From NCBI GenBank assembly GCA_051530055.1, contig CM121342.1, forward strand, positions 13,531,480 through 13,595,479: 64,000 nt of DNA, read 5' to 3'. The notes under the pieces are model-generated. The model was given only the letters and a program-made list of their open reading frames with translations, had not been told where the DNA came from and made no database searches. Within the stretch, counting starts at the first letter, position 1. Each line of letters opens with the position of its first letter. The stretch is from Neoechinorhynchus agilis (taxonomy: Eukaryota; Animalia; Acanthocephala). Below are positions 35,865 to 48,577 of this stretch, in pieces. The translations under genes were made by a program, and so were the position numbers.

Positions 35865-36437
35865 ATTCTATTGAGATATCTTGCGATAAATCAAGTTTTG
35901 AATATCCATTTAATAATAAAACTTGATTAATCATGCGGCTCGAAAATCAAGTAGTATTTCACAAGATTTCGCGGTAAAATCAACAAAAAGAGTTTGGAAA
36001 ACATCCACGCCATCGAAAAGTCGAGCCCGACTTATGTTTTGCAGGAATGCTACTGCCCTCGGATCGTCATCGACAATCCTTGGGCCAGTACCTACGGTGA
36101 GGTACCAAACGGCCCGAGTGTTTCGACGCCAAATGAAACGAAATAATGATTTCCCCCCAAATTTAACAGCAACGAATTATATGTTGTTGGCTTCGAGCGT
36201 GACTTCTAAGCTTTCAAAACTCACTATTGAAGTGCTCAGAAAAAGTCAAGAAGATTCTTATTAACTGACCATTGGATTATTTGAGCAAAGTGACGTCACG
36301 CACGGAAATTCAAATATGCAAAGTTCAGGAATCGCGCTACATTGCTGGAAGAATTAAAGAACAAATACCTCTAATGACGTACTTGTTTCTCGCCGGCTAG
36401 ACCGAAATACGGCATAATCCTCCTTCAGAATCTTCTA

Positions 36438-38401
36438 ATGTCAGTCTTGCAGGTACGGTGATCTCCGTATGGTTGACCACGCCTTCTACGGTCCGTTAGA
36501 AAGCCATAGATACGGTAACTCGTGCTACCGAGGAGGATAAGCTGCAGAATTACGAGGAAGCTTTGAAGTTGTATGAACACGCAGTCGAATATTTTGTTCA
36601 TGCGATCAAATATGAGGCTCATAGCGATCGGGCAAAGCAGAGTATAAGGGAGAAGTGCAATCAATACCTCGATAGGGCTGAGACGCTGAAGCAACATATC
36701 CGATCCACCGGTCAAAATAAAAAGCGCCAAGTGAAGGCAGAAGAGAATGGCGGTAATAAGAGTGAAGACGATGACGATAACACCGAGAGGAAGAAGATGA
36801 TGGCTAAACTTGAAGGTGCGATAATTATCGATAAACCTAATGTCAAATGGGATGATGTTGCCGGTCTCGAAGGTGCCAAAGAGGCTCTTAAGGAAGCTGT
36901 TATTTTGCCAATTAAGTTTCCACAGTTGTTCACAGGTTAGTGAAGGATTATACAAATTTCTGGAAACGGGACAGCTTTTCTCTTTAAGTTCAATGATCGA
37001 TTTTTGACCATCAATTTTCTTGCCATTTTTATTTGCATGTCAAGTAGCTTATTATGCATGAAACGCTTTCTGCGCCATGAGGAAGGAATATCTTTATGAG
37101 TTCGATGAAGAATTTTGTCGTCTTAATCGATGACTGAACTTTAGCGAATAATGCTCTTTTTTAGGCAAACGACAGCCGTGGAAGGGAATTTTATTGTACG
37201 GAGTAAGTTTACGTTTGAACGATGTATTATTTGATAGTCTACGTTTTTTCAGCCTCCAGGGACAGGAAAATCATATTTGGCTAAAGCAGTGGCAACCGAG
37301 GCCGGTAATTCAACTTTCATCAGTGTTAGTAGTTCTGACCTTCTAAGTAAATGGCTCGGAGAAAGTGAAAAGACGGTGCGAAGCCTCTTTGAATTGGCTC
37401 GTTTAAATAAGCCGAGTATTATTTTTATCGATGAAGTTGACTCACTGTGTTCAAGTCGTTCTGATAACGAAAGTGAGTCTGCCAGGCGTGTCAAAACGGA
37501 ATTTTTGACACAAATGCAGGGAGTTGGTACAGAAAGCGACAGGGTTCTTGTCCTTGGTGCAACCAACATCCCCTGGTGCTTAGATGCTGCTATTAGGCGA
37601 CGCTTCGAAAAAAGAGTCTATATACCACTTCCGGACCTCAATGCTCGTGTACAGATGTTCAAGTTGCACCTTGGAAACTCTTTACAGGCTTCCGCATCAG
37701 GTGCATGTATCTTCATTTTACACTGCTGCAGTTTGATGGTGACTGATTTTCATGTGGTTGGCTGTAACCCAATTATGGCAACCAATTGTGTTTTAGGAAA
37801 ATTTTCAAAATAATGATCATTATGTCCTCGTACAAAATTTGAACCTTACCTCACAGTTTGACAGTGCTTTTCATTTATTTTTCCATATAAAAGACATTAT
37901 ATAGTGCATTATTGTAGTGAAGGATTTTATTTTTTATCCTATTACTAAAACGTTTACTTTTTTTCTAAATTTGCCTCAGCTTCTTTGGCAACTGGTTAAG
38001 TCACCCGAAGCGACTGCATACATAGTTTAAACGAAAAAGACTTTCGCTTATTGGCTGATAAATCCGAGGACTACAGTGGCGCTGATATCTCAATAGTTGT
38101 TCGTGACGCTCTGATGATGCCGATTCGCAAAGTCCAAACGGCCACTCATTGGAAGTGGGTAAGTGGTCCATCTAGAGCTGATCCTCAAAGATCTTCTGAC
38201 TTTCTTACTCCATGCTCACCTGGTGACTCAGGCGCAATAGAAATGAGCTGGTCAGAAGTTGCATCTGATAAACTTTTAGAGCCGGTCGTGAGTATGAACG
38301 ATATGACAGTGGCTTTGAGCACTCAGAAAAGAACTGTGAGTAAGATGGATCTTGCAAAGTATGAGAATTTTACACGTTCTTATGGACAAGAGGGATTGTA
38401 G
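36438..38401 (+). CDS. VPS4: Vacuolar protein sorting 4 AAA ATPase, 5 exons
   Basis: [18 protein letters not shown] (MIT domain), [47 protein letters not shown], Vps4_C; introns 36453-36499, 36936-37164, 37203-37252 and ~37702-38000. Confidence 0.96.
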
Positions 38402-38795
38402 CTGTCCTCGCTCCCACGCAAATATTGACCTGCACGAATGTGAGAAGCGGAATACTTATGACAAAAATGATCTAGGATTCGCTTGGAGTTGGGAGAATGG
38501 GTACTGTGAGCAAACTTGAAAAACGCGTATGCCCTTTTTATTGGTTGTAGGGTTCCCAAGTCCTCGGGAAATGCCCAGTGGTCGGTCTCGTACAATAGCG
38601 TATTTTGCGCTTCTCTTAACGCGTAATCCTGAGTCATCGTAGTTCGTGAGACAATGCAATTCTTAACGGAAATGAGTTGTTGGGATTGTAGTCTTTAAAT
38701 TCCATGTTGTGGAAAAAACCATAATCCTTATCTTTTATAATCGACTGAAACACTTTTAGATGATTTGTGGCATTGAGTATCAAGTGGCCATACTA

Positions 38796-39000
38796 CACCG
38801 CGTAAAACATGTTTTATTGAGATATTTCGACCGAAGATGCCTCACCATTCATTTTTCTTAATGTTTCATGTGATGAGCCGAAACTTCCTCATCCGAAATA
38901 TCTCAATAAAATATGTTTTATCCGCTGCAATGTGATCACCACAACTCCAACTCTATTATCCGAAGGATTTTCCCTCGTAACAATTTGAGTGGTCGCATAC
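38796..39000. repeat. Palindromic repeat family 2, copy 3
   Basis: TAAAACATGTTTTATTGAGATATTTCG ... CGAAATATCTCAATAAAATATGTTTTA; right arm extends with homology to 33800-33860 and 35270-35335. Confidence 0.7.
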
Positions 39001-39463
39001 TTTGTGCTCTTCTGAATGCTGGAACAAATCCATTTGGGATTCACTATCAGACGGCGTCGCTCTGAAGGATGGTGGAAAGGTAAATTTTCTCTTTAAGTAC
39101 TCAATTAATCGTCTACCCATTGCAAACAACGAGCGGTAGTTGAGATGGATAGTATTTAGCGAAATACGGCCTTAATGGATTGACGTCCTAGTATTAAAAA
39201 GATGTAGTATCATCTATTTTTAAAATACCAAGATGATCTGCCGTAATCCATTTTGGTACTAGAGATAACATCAAAAAAATCTTCTTAGCCTTCGGGTGAG
39301 TGCATTTACTTGTGTGGCACTGAAGCAATTAAATTCGACGAGAAGTGCATTGAGGTAATCTCATATCGGTTTTCTTACCGTAGAAACTATTTTTGCTCTC
39401 CGAGCTTAGGAATGAGTGTGTCACTTGATATATTTTCTAAAGAATGTTTCTTTTGAACTACAG

Positions 39464-40804
39464 ATGCGAGATGGATCTCATCCTTTGATCATTAACCATT
39501 CCCGTCCGCAACAACAACTTACTAGAATGCATCAAACTGATTCTAATTCTCCGGATTCCTGTACAGTGATCGACATGAGGTCAGTTTCGTCGTCCACCTC
39601 AGTCCAGCCTGAAGCGGACAATAATTGTGTTTCTTTGGACACTCTTATTGATGATCTTGTTCTTGAACGGCGTGATGAAATCGTTACTCCAAACGGTGCT
39701 CGCATTCGACTTGATCACCCGTACTTGCGGGATTATCGGCAAAGATCACGTAGAAAACATCCAACTCAATCAACATATCCAAGTCATAACGCTTTGAGTG
39801 ACTGTACGTGCTTGGCGACTTGCTGCCAAATCTCAACAGTTGGATTAACGACTCGAATAGCTACTAGCCGGTGGCGAATATTAAGAAGATGTTGTGCAGG
39901 ACTTAATAATCCAAATCGGTATTGGCTCGTGCAAGACGCATGTGGTATATCAGCTCTCGTTATAACCTGGATTTTGATTGTATTTGCATTAAGCGCTCTG
40001 AACGTCCTCGTATTAGTTCCAGCAATAATGAACCTTGAAAACGGAATAGTTCTTCCTTCGATTAATCTATCAATTTTCCATATGATCGCATTTCTTGCTA
40101 TCTACTCACATATTCGAGCGTCATTCACTAATCCCGGCGCCATCAGGATATCCAATTGTACTCCTGAACTGGTCGCAACTCTGCGCGATGGAGAAATTGT
40201 AAAGTTGTGTGGAGTCTGCAGAAGTCTCAAACTGGACCGAAGTCATCATTGCAGTCTATGCAATCGATGTATTCGTAAAATGGATCACCATTGTCCTTGG
40301 ATCAACAACTGTGTTGGACAAGGAAATCAAAAATTCTTTATACTTTTTACGTTCTACATTTGTCTTATGTCTTTTTATTCACTTGGTCTCGTTGCCTACA
40401 AAATATACCAGTGCTCGCGAAATGACTGGGCTGGATGTGAGTGGAATCCTTCTTCCCAGACATTCCCAGCGTCTTTTATACTGATAATCATCGTAGGATT
40501 CGAGTCCGTTCTTTTTGGATTCTTTACTCTAATTATGACCTGCAGTCAATTGTTTGCTGTATGTAACGATGAAACCTCAATCGAAGTGCTAAAACGAGAG
40601 CAACAACCATTTAAGCGTACTTGGACGGACAATCTTAGACTTGTGTTCGCTTCTTCACCGTCGTCAAAAAGGTTCAGTCTGACATGGTGCTCTCCATTTC
40701 ATTCTCCAAGTTATGGAAGCAGTAGTCTTGCTTTAAATGAGGATAACACAAATTCCATTGCCGGTCAGCACTCGCCAATCCCGCTCGCATTCGATGCATC
40801 GTGA
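39464..40804 (+). CDS. DHHC palmitoyltransferase, ZDHHC3/7-like, intronless CDS
   Basis: WLVQDACG, CRSLKLDRSHHCSLCNRCIRKMDHHCPWINNCVG, NDETSIE; ATG directly follows a splice acceptor (TACAG/ATG). Confidence 0.95.
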   Translation: MRDGSHPLIINHSRPQQQLTRMHQTDSNSPDSCTVIDMRSVSSSTSVQPEADNNCVSLDTLIDDLVLERRDEIVTPNGARIRLDHPYLRDYRQRSRRKHPTQSTYPSHNALSDCTCLATCCQISTVGLTTRIATSRWRILRRCCAGLNNPNRYWLVQDACGISALVITWILIVFALSALNVLVLVPAIMNLENGIVLPSINLSIFHMIAFLAIYSHIRASFTNPGAIRISNCTPELVATLRDGEIVKLCGVCRSLKLDRSHHCSLCNRCIRKMDHHCPWINNCVGQGNQKFFILFTFYICLMSFYSLGLVAYKIYQCSRNDWAGCEWNPSSQTFPASFILIIIVGFESVLFGFFTLIMTCSQLFAVCNDETSIEVLKREQQPFKRTWTDNLRLVFASSPSSKRFSLTWCSPFHSPSYGSSSLALNEDNTNSIAGQHSPIPLAFDAS

Positions 40805-41254
40805 ATATGATTGTGAGTTTGTTAACTTTGTTCATTTAGCGACGTCCATTGTGGCTCCACAATTATGGTTATTTGAAAAATAATGCAAAAAAGTTTATGA
40901 TTCAGTGCGGGTACCAGAAAGTATGGATCTTATTTCCAATCGATGCCTCTTGTCCATTAGTTAAATTACCAAAATTGAAAATAAAGAAACGCTAGAAATC
41001 GATTAAAATATGCGATTTTTAAAAGCGAAACTTGTTGTTCTATAATATCTAATATCCGCCAATTTAAGACCGCAACCACCATGGGTTCTTATAAATTGAT
41101 ATTAGAATTCAATGGTTAACTATATTAAATGAGCTCCATTGTGTATTAGAGTATCATTAGTTCGGTGGCCATTTATGTGTCGGATACGTTCCATGCACTC
41201 TATTCTTAAAATTCTGCATCAAAAGTAAATATTTTTATCATCTATTATCTTAAA

Positions 41255-41490
41255 TCGCATACACTCATGGCATCACTGCATATCTTTTGGGAGCCTATCG
41301 GCTACATATCCTTTGGAGCCTCTCGCCTAACTCACCACTTCGGAAGCGCTCAGCCGCACTCGAAGGGACAGGGCCAGCCCTCTTATGGGGCCCCTGACCC
41401 CACCCTTACCGCAGCCTCGCAACCCCCCGTGGAAACCAGCCACCGGTGGACTTGAACCAGCGACATACATAGCACATTCTGAACGCGCAT
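41255..41490 (-). mobile_element. Probable second tRNA-related SINE (single copy in window)
   Basis: GC-rich ~230-bp island with B-box GGTTCAAGTCC (41449-41459, minus strand), short tandem duplication near the 3' end; A-box unclear. Confidence 0.4.
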
Positions 41491-42256
41491 CAGAATGTAA
41501 AAGCGGTCATGAATAAAATGCAAAACCTACAAAACTCAGTTGTTTCGCAAAAAATCATTTTGTTGCACTTGTTTTCGCATAAATATTTCCTGATATTGGA
41601 TGGTGGTGAACATAATCCCGGTTCAATATTATTTTATTATTAAAGAAAAGTTTGTGTAGCTACACACTTTTTAGATGACTAATCAGACGAGATGCTTATT
41701 CGCGAAATAATTCTCATTTTTTGCAAAACAAACTGAATTTTGTCTGTTTTTCATTTTATTTGTGACCACTTTCACATTAGATGATAAAAAATGCCACCCC
41801 GAAGGATCTTGGTATGATTATTTCCTGATATATTTTGGTCGAAATTTTATTACAGTAGTTTATACATTAACGAAAAATTCAAAAAATTATTTTGGTTAAT
41901 AATAAAATTTCGTTACATTTTTTCATATGAAAAATGAATCAATAGCGTCAGTAAAGATCCTTCATGTTGATATACGAATTTTTATGGTCAAGTTAAATAA
42001 ACTTAGAATTAGAATTACGCTTTGTCTTTTAGAAATCCTTTAATCTACACTACATAGCCACGGGTTAGCATGTATTTAATCGAACTGCCTATATTTTTGT
42101 TCATACAAATTTATGTCCTTTGAGACTTATTGGTGAGTCAAAACGTGAGAATAGATCAGTTTTATTCTTTTAAATATATGAGGTAAATAGTGTACATTTA
42201 AGCAAGTTTCCATGACAACTCCTTAGACAATAATTCCTAATCAAGAGGACGCATCG

Positions 42257-45200
42257 ATGAACACAAGCAATGAATTTCTGGTGTTGGAGAGGCGTTATGA
42301 ACGATTCGAAAATAAGCTTATGGGCGCACTGTCATCAAAATTGAATAAACTAGACGAGAAGTTCAGTGAACTTGAACGCGCCTATCCAAACTTCGTGGAC
42401 TGCAAATTCGACACCCCAGAAATTCAAATTGATAAAAACCTGAAGAAATTGTCGGCCTTGAAGTTCCAGAATACAATAAGAGAAAATCCTGATACGTTTG
42501 ATGATATAAGAGCAATAAACCATGATGAACCTAGTAATGAAGATGAACGTCCCGGAGACGACATTGACTATGTTGAGAGACTTGACGCACAGGAGAAAAA
42601 AATCGTCCTGGATTTGCCTCCTGTTAAGGAATTTTTCGAAACCATAAAAAATGTGCAAATACCAAAAGGGGATATGTTCGATATGTTTAAAAAACAAATT
42701 GAAAAATCTAAAGATGATATTTCTAGTAATTTGTTCGTTGGTTCACTACCAGAGGATGCATGGTATTTTTCTATCCTTTATTTTCGATTCTGATTTTCCC
42801 CGACCTAAGTAAATGGCTAAAGGATGATTACTATTCGTCCCAGACAAATGAAAAGACAATAAGCTCGGTCATAGAGGTTGAACAAGCTGAGAAGGAGCTT
42901 AATCAATGGTGCGTTATTTTAAACGTTTTCATTCAAAGTGGTATAAGTGACGTTCAGGATTGTCGCAGGGGACTTCAATAACTCAATGTTTCCCTACTCA
43001 ATAAATTCGCGGGCTATAGCACCTTTGTTGCGCATTCCTGATAACATATTCCATATTAGAGAAACATGGCTCCGATGCGTAAGTCATTCTCATGAAAAAC
43101 TATAGGGTTGCAATTATGATAAGAATAGAAAAAAGATTGTGCGGCAATTATGAGTAGTCTAATGGGATATCGATCTAAATGCCGAAAATATGAAGGAGAT
43201 ATAAATATACTCTTACGAACACAAATGGTCATTTACGAAAGTGCAGCTGCAAACGAAAAATTGGTAGCCGTTTTTAACCTTCGGTGGGATTTCTAATCCA
43301 TCAAGAAAATTCAAATAGATGTTTCAAGCGCAATTTGCAATTGAGAATTACCGTCGAAGTCTTTTATTAATTTCAAGCAAGGATCAATCGGAGATTGAAC
43401 GTATTGAGAAGGTTCCAATCAAATATGCACATAATGATTAGTCCTTAACATTCAATTTAGTTCCTCAAAGAACTGTCAAAGCGACTATGCGAGACAAAAG
43501 TCAAATCGAAGGAAAAATGTGATCAATATATAATTGTTCGTTTTACAAAAGAAATTTTTAATTTTGATCATTAAACTTTAAGGAAAAGTTGATTGTTGAA
43601 AAGTGCAATAAACAGAAAATGGAGGAAGATCTGGCGAGATATAAGTCGATGGTAACTGCGTTAAATAAAGATGTTATCGGAAATTTGGAATTGATAAGAA
43701 CATTTATTTTATCACTTTTGTTAAGTTCAAAAAATGTTAAGCTTCTCGCCCATTTCTGTCAAAATTTAGACTTGCCTTCGCGATGACATTACGCGAACTA
43801 AGGAGTCGATGAAGCGCGATCTCATTTCTCGTCGATATGAGGGAGTTAAACTTTTACTTGAAATCAATGAGCGCAACATTAGCTTCTCTAAAATAATACG
43901 AAATTCGTTCACGGATTCCGTTGGTCAGTTGGAACGATTTTTCGCAAAAGAAGGAATCGATTTTGTTAAGCAGCAAATAGAGGTGCGCTAAAGGCGTCCA
44001 TGTCGCATGCTAAAATTCTCTGATAGGAAGCTTACAGCCCGAATTCGGTTGCAATGTTATTCGACACTAGAATGAAGGCACTTATTGCGTATATAAAAAG
44101 TTTGAATATTACGAAGAGATCTCTGTTTGAGAAAGAGGAAATGATTGGTTCGAATGAGGCTAAGGTTGTCGCTCAAAATCTCTACAAAAAAATTGCAGTT
44201 GAAATTAGTAAACTCAGGTACGATGAATATTGCAATTCTGGATTTCATTTCTATCTAGAAGAAGATTCTCCGATTTTGAAAAGGAGGATTTTATATCACT
44301 TTCTCCCTTAAAAAGAAGGAAATACATGTAAGAATGGTATTTTGCGCAACTAGCACAAATACGTGTTTTCCAATTAAGAGAATATTTGCGCAAAACAGCT
44401 TTGGACAATCAATTACTTAATTTAGAGTCTTTAAGAAAAGAAATTCAGTTAGTCTTATCACGTGAATGGTGTGCACTAACTGAGAGAAAATTTAGAAAAC
44501 TTAAATCCAATCATTCGATTTATATTAAAATTGATAAGATATGGATAGAGTTACTGATGACTCTAAGAGTTCCTTACGAAAGGATGCTTTCTTTAGAACG
44601 AGAAATTGAAGATATTATCGGTCATGAAATTTTCTTTAATCGTTTTACGTTTGTGCACTATTCGGCAACCCCTTTTCATCATTAGTAAAACAATATTAGA
44701 CGAAACGAATTAAACGACATTAATCTTCCTACAGACTGTCTCAATTCACCGAAATTGACAGAAGCAGGGCACAGGGAAGTAGGTTGTCTTTTCTGAAATT
44801 ACTGGATGTAACGACCATTCTTAGTTTGATAAACAAAAAGAAACAAATGACAAGGTCTTGTTTTATAGAAGAATTATAAAAAATGGACTAAACAAGAAAA
44901 CACGCAATAGGAAATGCGATTGCATAAATTCGGGCTTAAATAAAATTATATGGGAAACGGATTTTGAAAGCGAAAAAGGGATAAATGATTTACTTGCAGA
45001 TTTTAAACAAAATGTTGATTGCCTCAATTTCCCGTTTTATTTCAAATGCAGTTTTAGGAAATATCCACCAAAAAGGAGAGTGAGGTATATGAGAATGATG
45101 GACGGAGGACATCAAAAGCGGAAATTTTGCCAGGGGAGGTGCATCAAAATGAAGTCGTTTATTGGACGGATCCATTTGAAAGATGCAATGAAGTAGATAT

Positions 45201-45760
45201 TGAAATTTGTACATCGATCGAGCACTTATCGGTGTTTTAGAACGAAGAAGCTCTGCGGCGCATTTGCCTCTCTAATACGAGTTCATTGCGCAAATTTTCA
45301 GGCTTATCACAGCTAAAATTAACAGTGGACACATCGTTTCCGACGAAAGTTAACGAAGCGTACATAAAAGCACTTGAAGGAGAAATGTACGTCCTTTGAG
45401 TGATGAAAAGTCCACTTTAGGTTTGAATGTTTTAGATCGGATGAATTCGAGATGCTCAAAATTCCATACAAACAAATCCTGAGTGGAGCCAGTCTATCGA
45501 TGCTATTAGCAGAATTGAGGACTTCCGAATCCTTTGAAAGACTTGAGCTTTTAACATTAGAAGTCAGGTATTTGTCGGCATGAAAATACTTTATTCATTT
45601 TCGCTAAATTAAGTGCCTATGCAAAGGCTTACAGGGAAATTAAGGAAGCCAGGTTGAGGGCGAAGATAGTTAGCAATGGAAAAAGGACTCCGAGTTTGCA
45701 TTAGTAATAAGAAACAATATTGGATAAAAATGTACAATGAACGTTCGTTAAGATCGTGAA
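42257..45760 (+). CDS. Large uncharacterised coiled-coil protein, many short exons
   Basis: Successive open blocks bounded by GT/AG ~45-60 nt apart, e.g. ...GSLPEDA/KWLKDD..., ...RETWLRC/KKDCAAIM..., EKLIVEK...RYKSM; exon model incomplete. Confidence 0.6.
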
Positions 45761-46350
45761 TTAGGTGGTTTGTTGCAACGAATATGAAACATGAACCACT
45801 GCAATCGATAGGCATCTAAAAATTTAGATCTAGGCATTCAGGTTCATAGGAAATATCAACGCCTAACAGATAACCGCAATTTGCGTTCTGAATCAATAAT
45901 ATTATAAATCGATCGGCGCAATAACTTATTTTTACCACTGAAAGCTCCTGAGAAATGCTTTATGCAATATATTTGTGGCTTAAATTTTATCTTGCGACTA
46001 GAGAAACGCTTATATAAATTTTAAGGCTTATCTTACTTTATATGACTACTGCGCAGAATATGAGACTAGCGGATCTAAATGTTTTATTGAATACTAAACA
46101 TTTGAATATTTGTTTACATTCTTTGAACTTTGTGACAAAAGTGGCTGTTCGTGTAGAAATTATCAACGCTTCAACGTTTTCAAATTCGATGTATTTAGTT
46201 TTGACAGAAAACTTACTGAATATTTAGAAATATGCTCCTCTTAGTAGGATATTGGACAATCGCGACGGGTAAAATTTTAAAGAATTTCGATTTTAAGCAG
46301 GTTTCTTGAAGCTCCAACCTTTACCTGCCATTCTAGATCATTGACTTGAT

Positions 46351-47850
46351 TTCGGTTCGATACTCGTTTATTGGCTCGTGATTGTCAGTTGCTTCGAATT
46401 TATCAATTTTGCCAATCCGACAGTGCGGTCATATGCAGGTTTGATGGATTAGCTGGCCCAACAATCCTATCCCGGTCTAACGGGCGCCGTTCAATTCCGA
46501 GTTATTTCTTATTTGGATGTTTGCTTGAACTTTCCTTGTAGGACACAAAGTGGAACTCTTTTCTCTCAATAAATGAGATTGCACCGAACTGTTAAAAGCG
46601 TTTCTGTTCCAGACGATTGCCCGCTGCCTGCTCGAATTTTCCTTGAGATTACCAATTCTGTTCTCGGCACTTCCATGTTGGAGTTATCTCGTTTCCATAT
46701 CCCCATTCGATAACCTTGCAGTTTCCATCCTCGGAAAATTCGTCGATCTCTCATTTGATGCGTTGTCCCGAAACCTGAATGGCGCATTATGTAGCGCAAG
46801 AGTCCGTTTTTACAATAAGCGGCCCTGCTTTTCTCATTTAATATCCTCGAGCGCTCGTGAATACTTTCCCCCCAAATCAATGCTTCGCACTCGAATATCT
46901 TTAAGTTCTTCGCATTGCATCTTTACTTGAACTCTCAATTGACCTCTGATTCTTTCCAATTGCTTTAACGCTCCAGGCGATGGCTTTCTCATCTCTTCCT
47001 TCAATTTAGTTCCCAACGTTTCATTTTTTGCTGTTTTCTTTAAGCAAGCCAATGAGTTCTCTGTAGGCACTCATAATTTCAAGATTCTTCATTTCACTTC
47101 GGTCGAAAATTTTCAAACAACTCGTTGTTGCTTTTTTAAAAGTATTTTGTCCTGGCAGTCTCCATTGTCAGCTCTTTCTTTGCGATCCACAGGTTCCCTG
47201 AGTAAATCTTTCTTTACTCATTTTTGCTCTACAATCTCAGTCTTTGCTTGGTCGAGAAGATGTTCTGCTATGGCTCTTGATTTTACTATTGGATTCATAT
47301 CCTTTTGCATTTGTATATCTTTGCGCTCAGCTCTCTTGCGGTATTCATTTAATCTGCGCTCAGACGAGCGGCTTTCTTTTTCCAAATTTTTCTCGAATAT
47401 GCGAAAATGTTCAACGTACTTATTTATCTCTTTGGAGTTCCCTGGATACTGTACCTTTGCGTGTTTTAATGGACTTAATTCGCCCTTCGGTTCCTCAATC
47501 TGCTTTCTTTGACAAATAAATAGCAATTCTCTTCCATCGATTTCCTTGAGTAATTCATTAGTGTATTCGTATATCTCGTTCAATTCGCTGAAAGTGCTTT
47601 CCAATAATCATTCTTGACCACTTCGATGTTTTTGCTCCTCGAATATTTAAAAGCCTTGACTCGGGCCCCACCACACCCATTTTTAAATGCTTGAGAATTA
47701 GGCTGAGGCCTTGAAAATTCGCAAGATTGATTTCAATAAAACTCGAGTGTGTAACAATTCGCCATTGAGAATACACATCCACTCGAAGGAACAATTGGAT
47801 AGAAACCGACTAAACTTCATTCGTGATTTTATCTCATTTTCACTCGCCGA
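46351..47850 (-). repeat. Inverted copy 2 of the 16700-18044 segment
   Basis: Reverse complement of 16764-18044 at 46351-47633, plus a further matching block near 47800-47845 separated by ~170 bp absent from copy 1. Confidence 0.9.
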
Positions 47851-48577
47851 ATTTTGTATCACTGGGTTTAGGCGTATTATTTTAACTATTGGGCATTCAC
47901 AGTCATATCACGCTCTCAATTCAATGATTTAACGAAAAACCAATGCGGATATATTTTGCGATCGGGTTACATATGAACCTTATCAACTTCAAGTTACAAA
48001 AATCATTCTTCAAATGCATTGAAAGTTTTTAAATAAAGTATTGTGACAAATCCAGCAATGGTGAAATCAGAAAAGTATTCACGACGGTCAATTTTAGCAT
48101 TTCCGGTCCGAAAGTCAACGCCTGATATTTTTTACAGATAGAGAAATGCTGCGCAATCACGGAAATTTTGTTCATCATTTATAAAATGAAGAAATAGATC
48201 ATTTTTGTATACAAATAGGGACACAATTGTTCACATCCGTAATATGCACATAAAAAGTGCGTTTATTTGTTTAAATTCAACTTATTATCGTCAAGAATAA
48301 AATTTATTGTGATAAATAATGATCGCTGTTATTTGGTTAGCGCATGCTTGCAAATAAAATGCTAAGATTTGTTATACAAAATTATCTTTGTTTCCTTTGA
48401 ACATTGCATGGTTGACTCGAAAATGTACCAGTCGTGTAGCGCGCATCGCTTCGTTGCACCTAAACTGTAAGTGTTGAGAAAATTAAAGTTTCTAAATGAC
48501 CGTCTTGCTAAAATACTCACATATTTGAGTGATGTTATGACAAAAACTCACACCTACGGTCTTAGCGTTCTCACCAA

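Noticed and set aside
42257-45760. Non-standard genetic code or pseudogene to explain fragmented ORFs
   Set aside because: Stops fall inside short GT-AG intron-like segments, and intact genes in the window end normally at TAA, TAG or TGA
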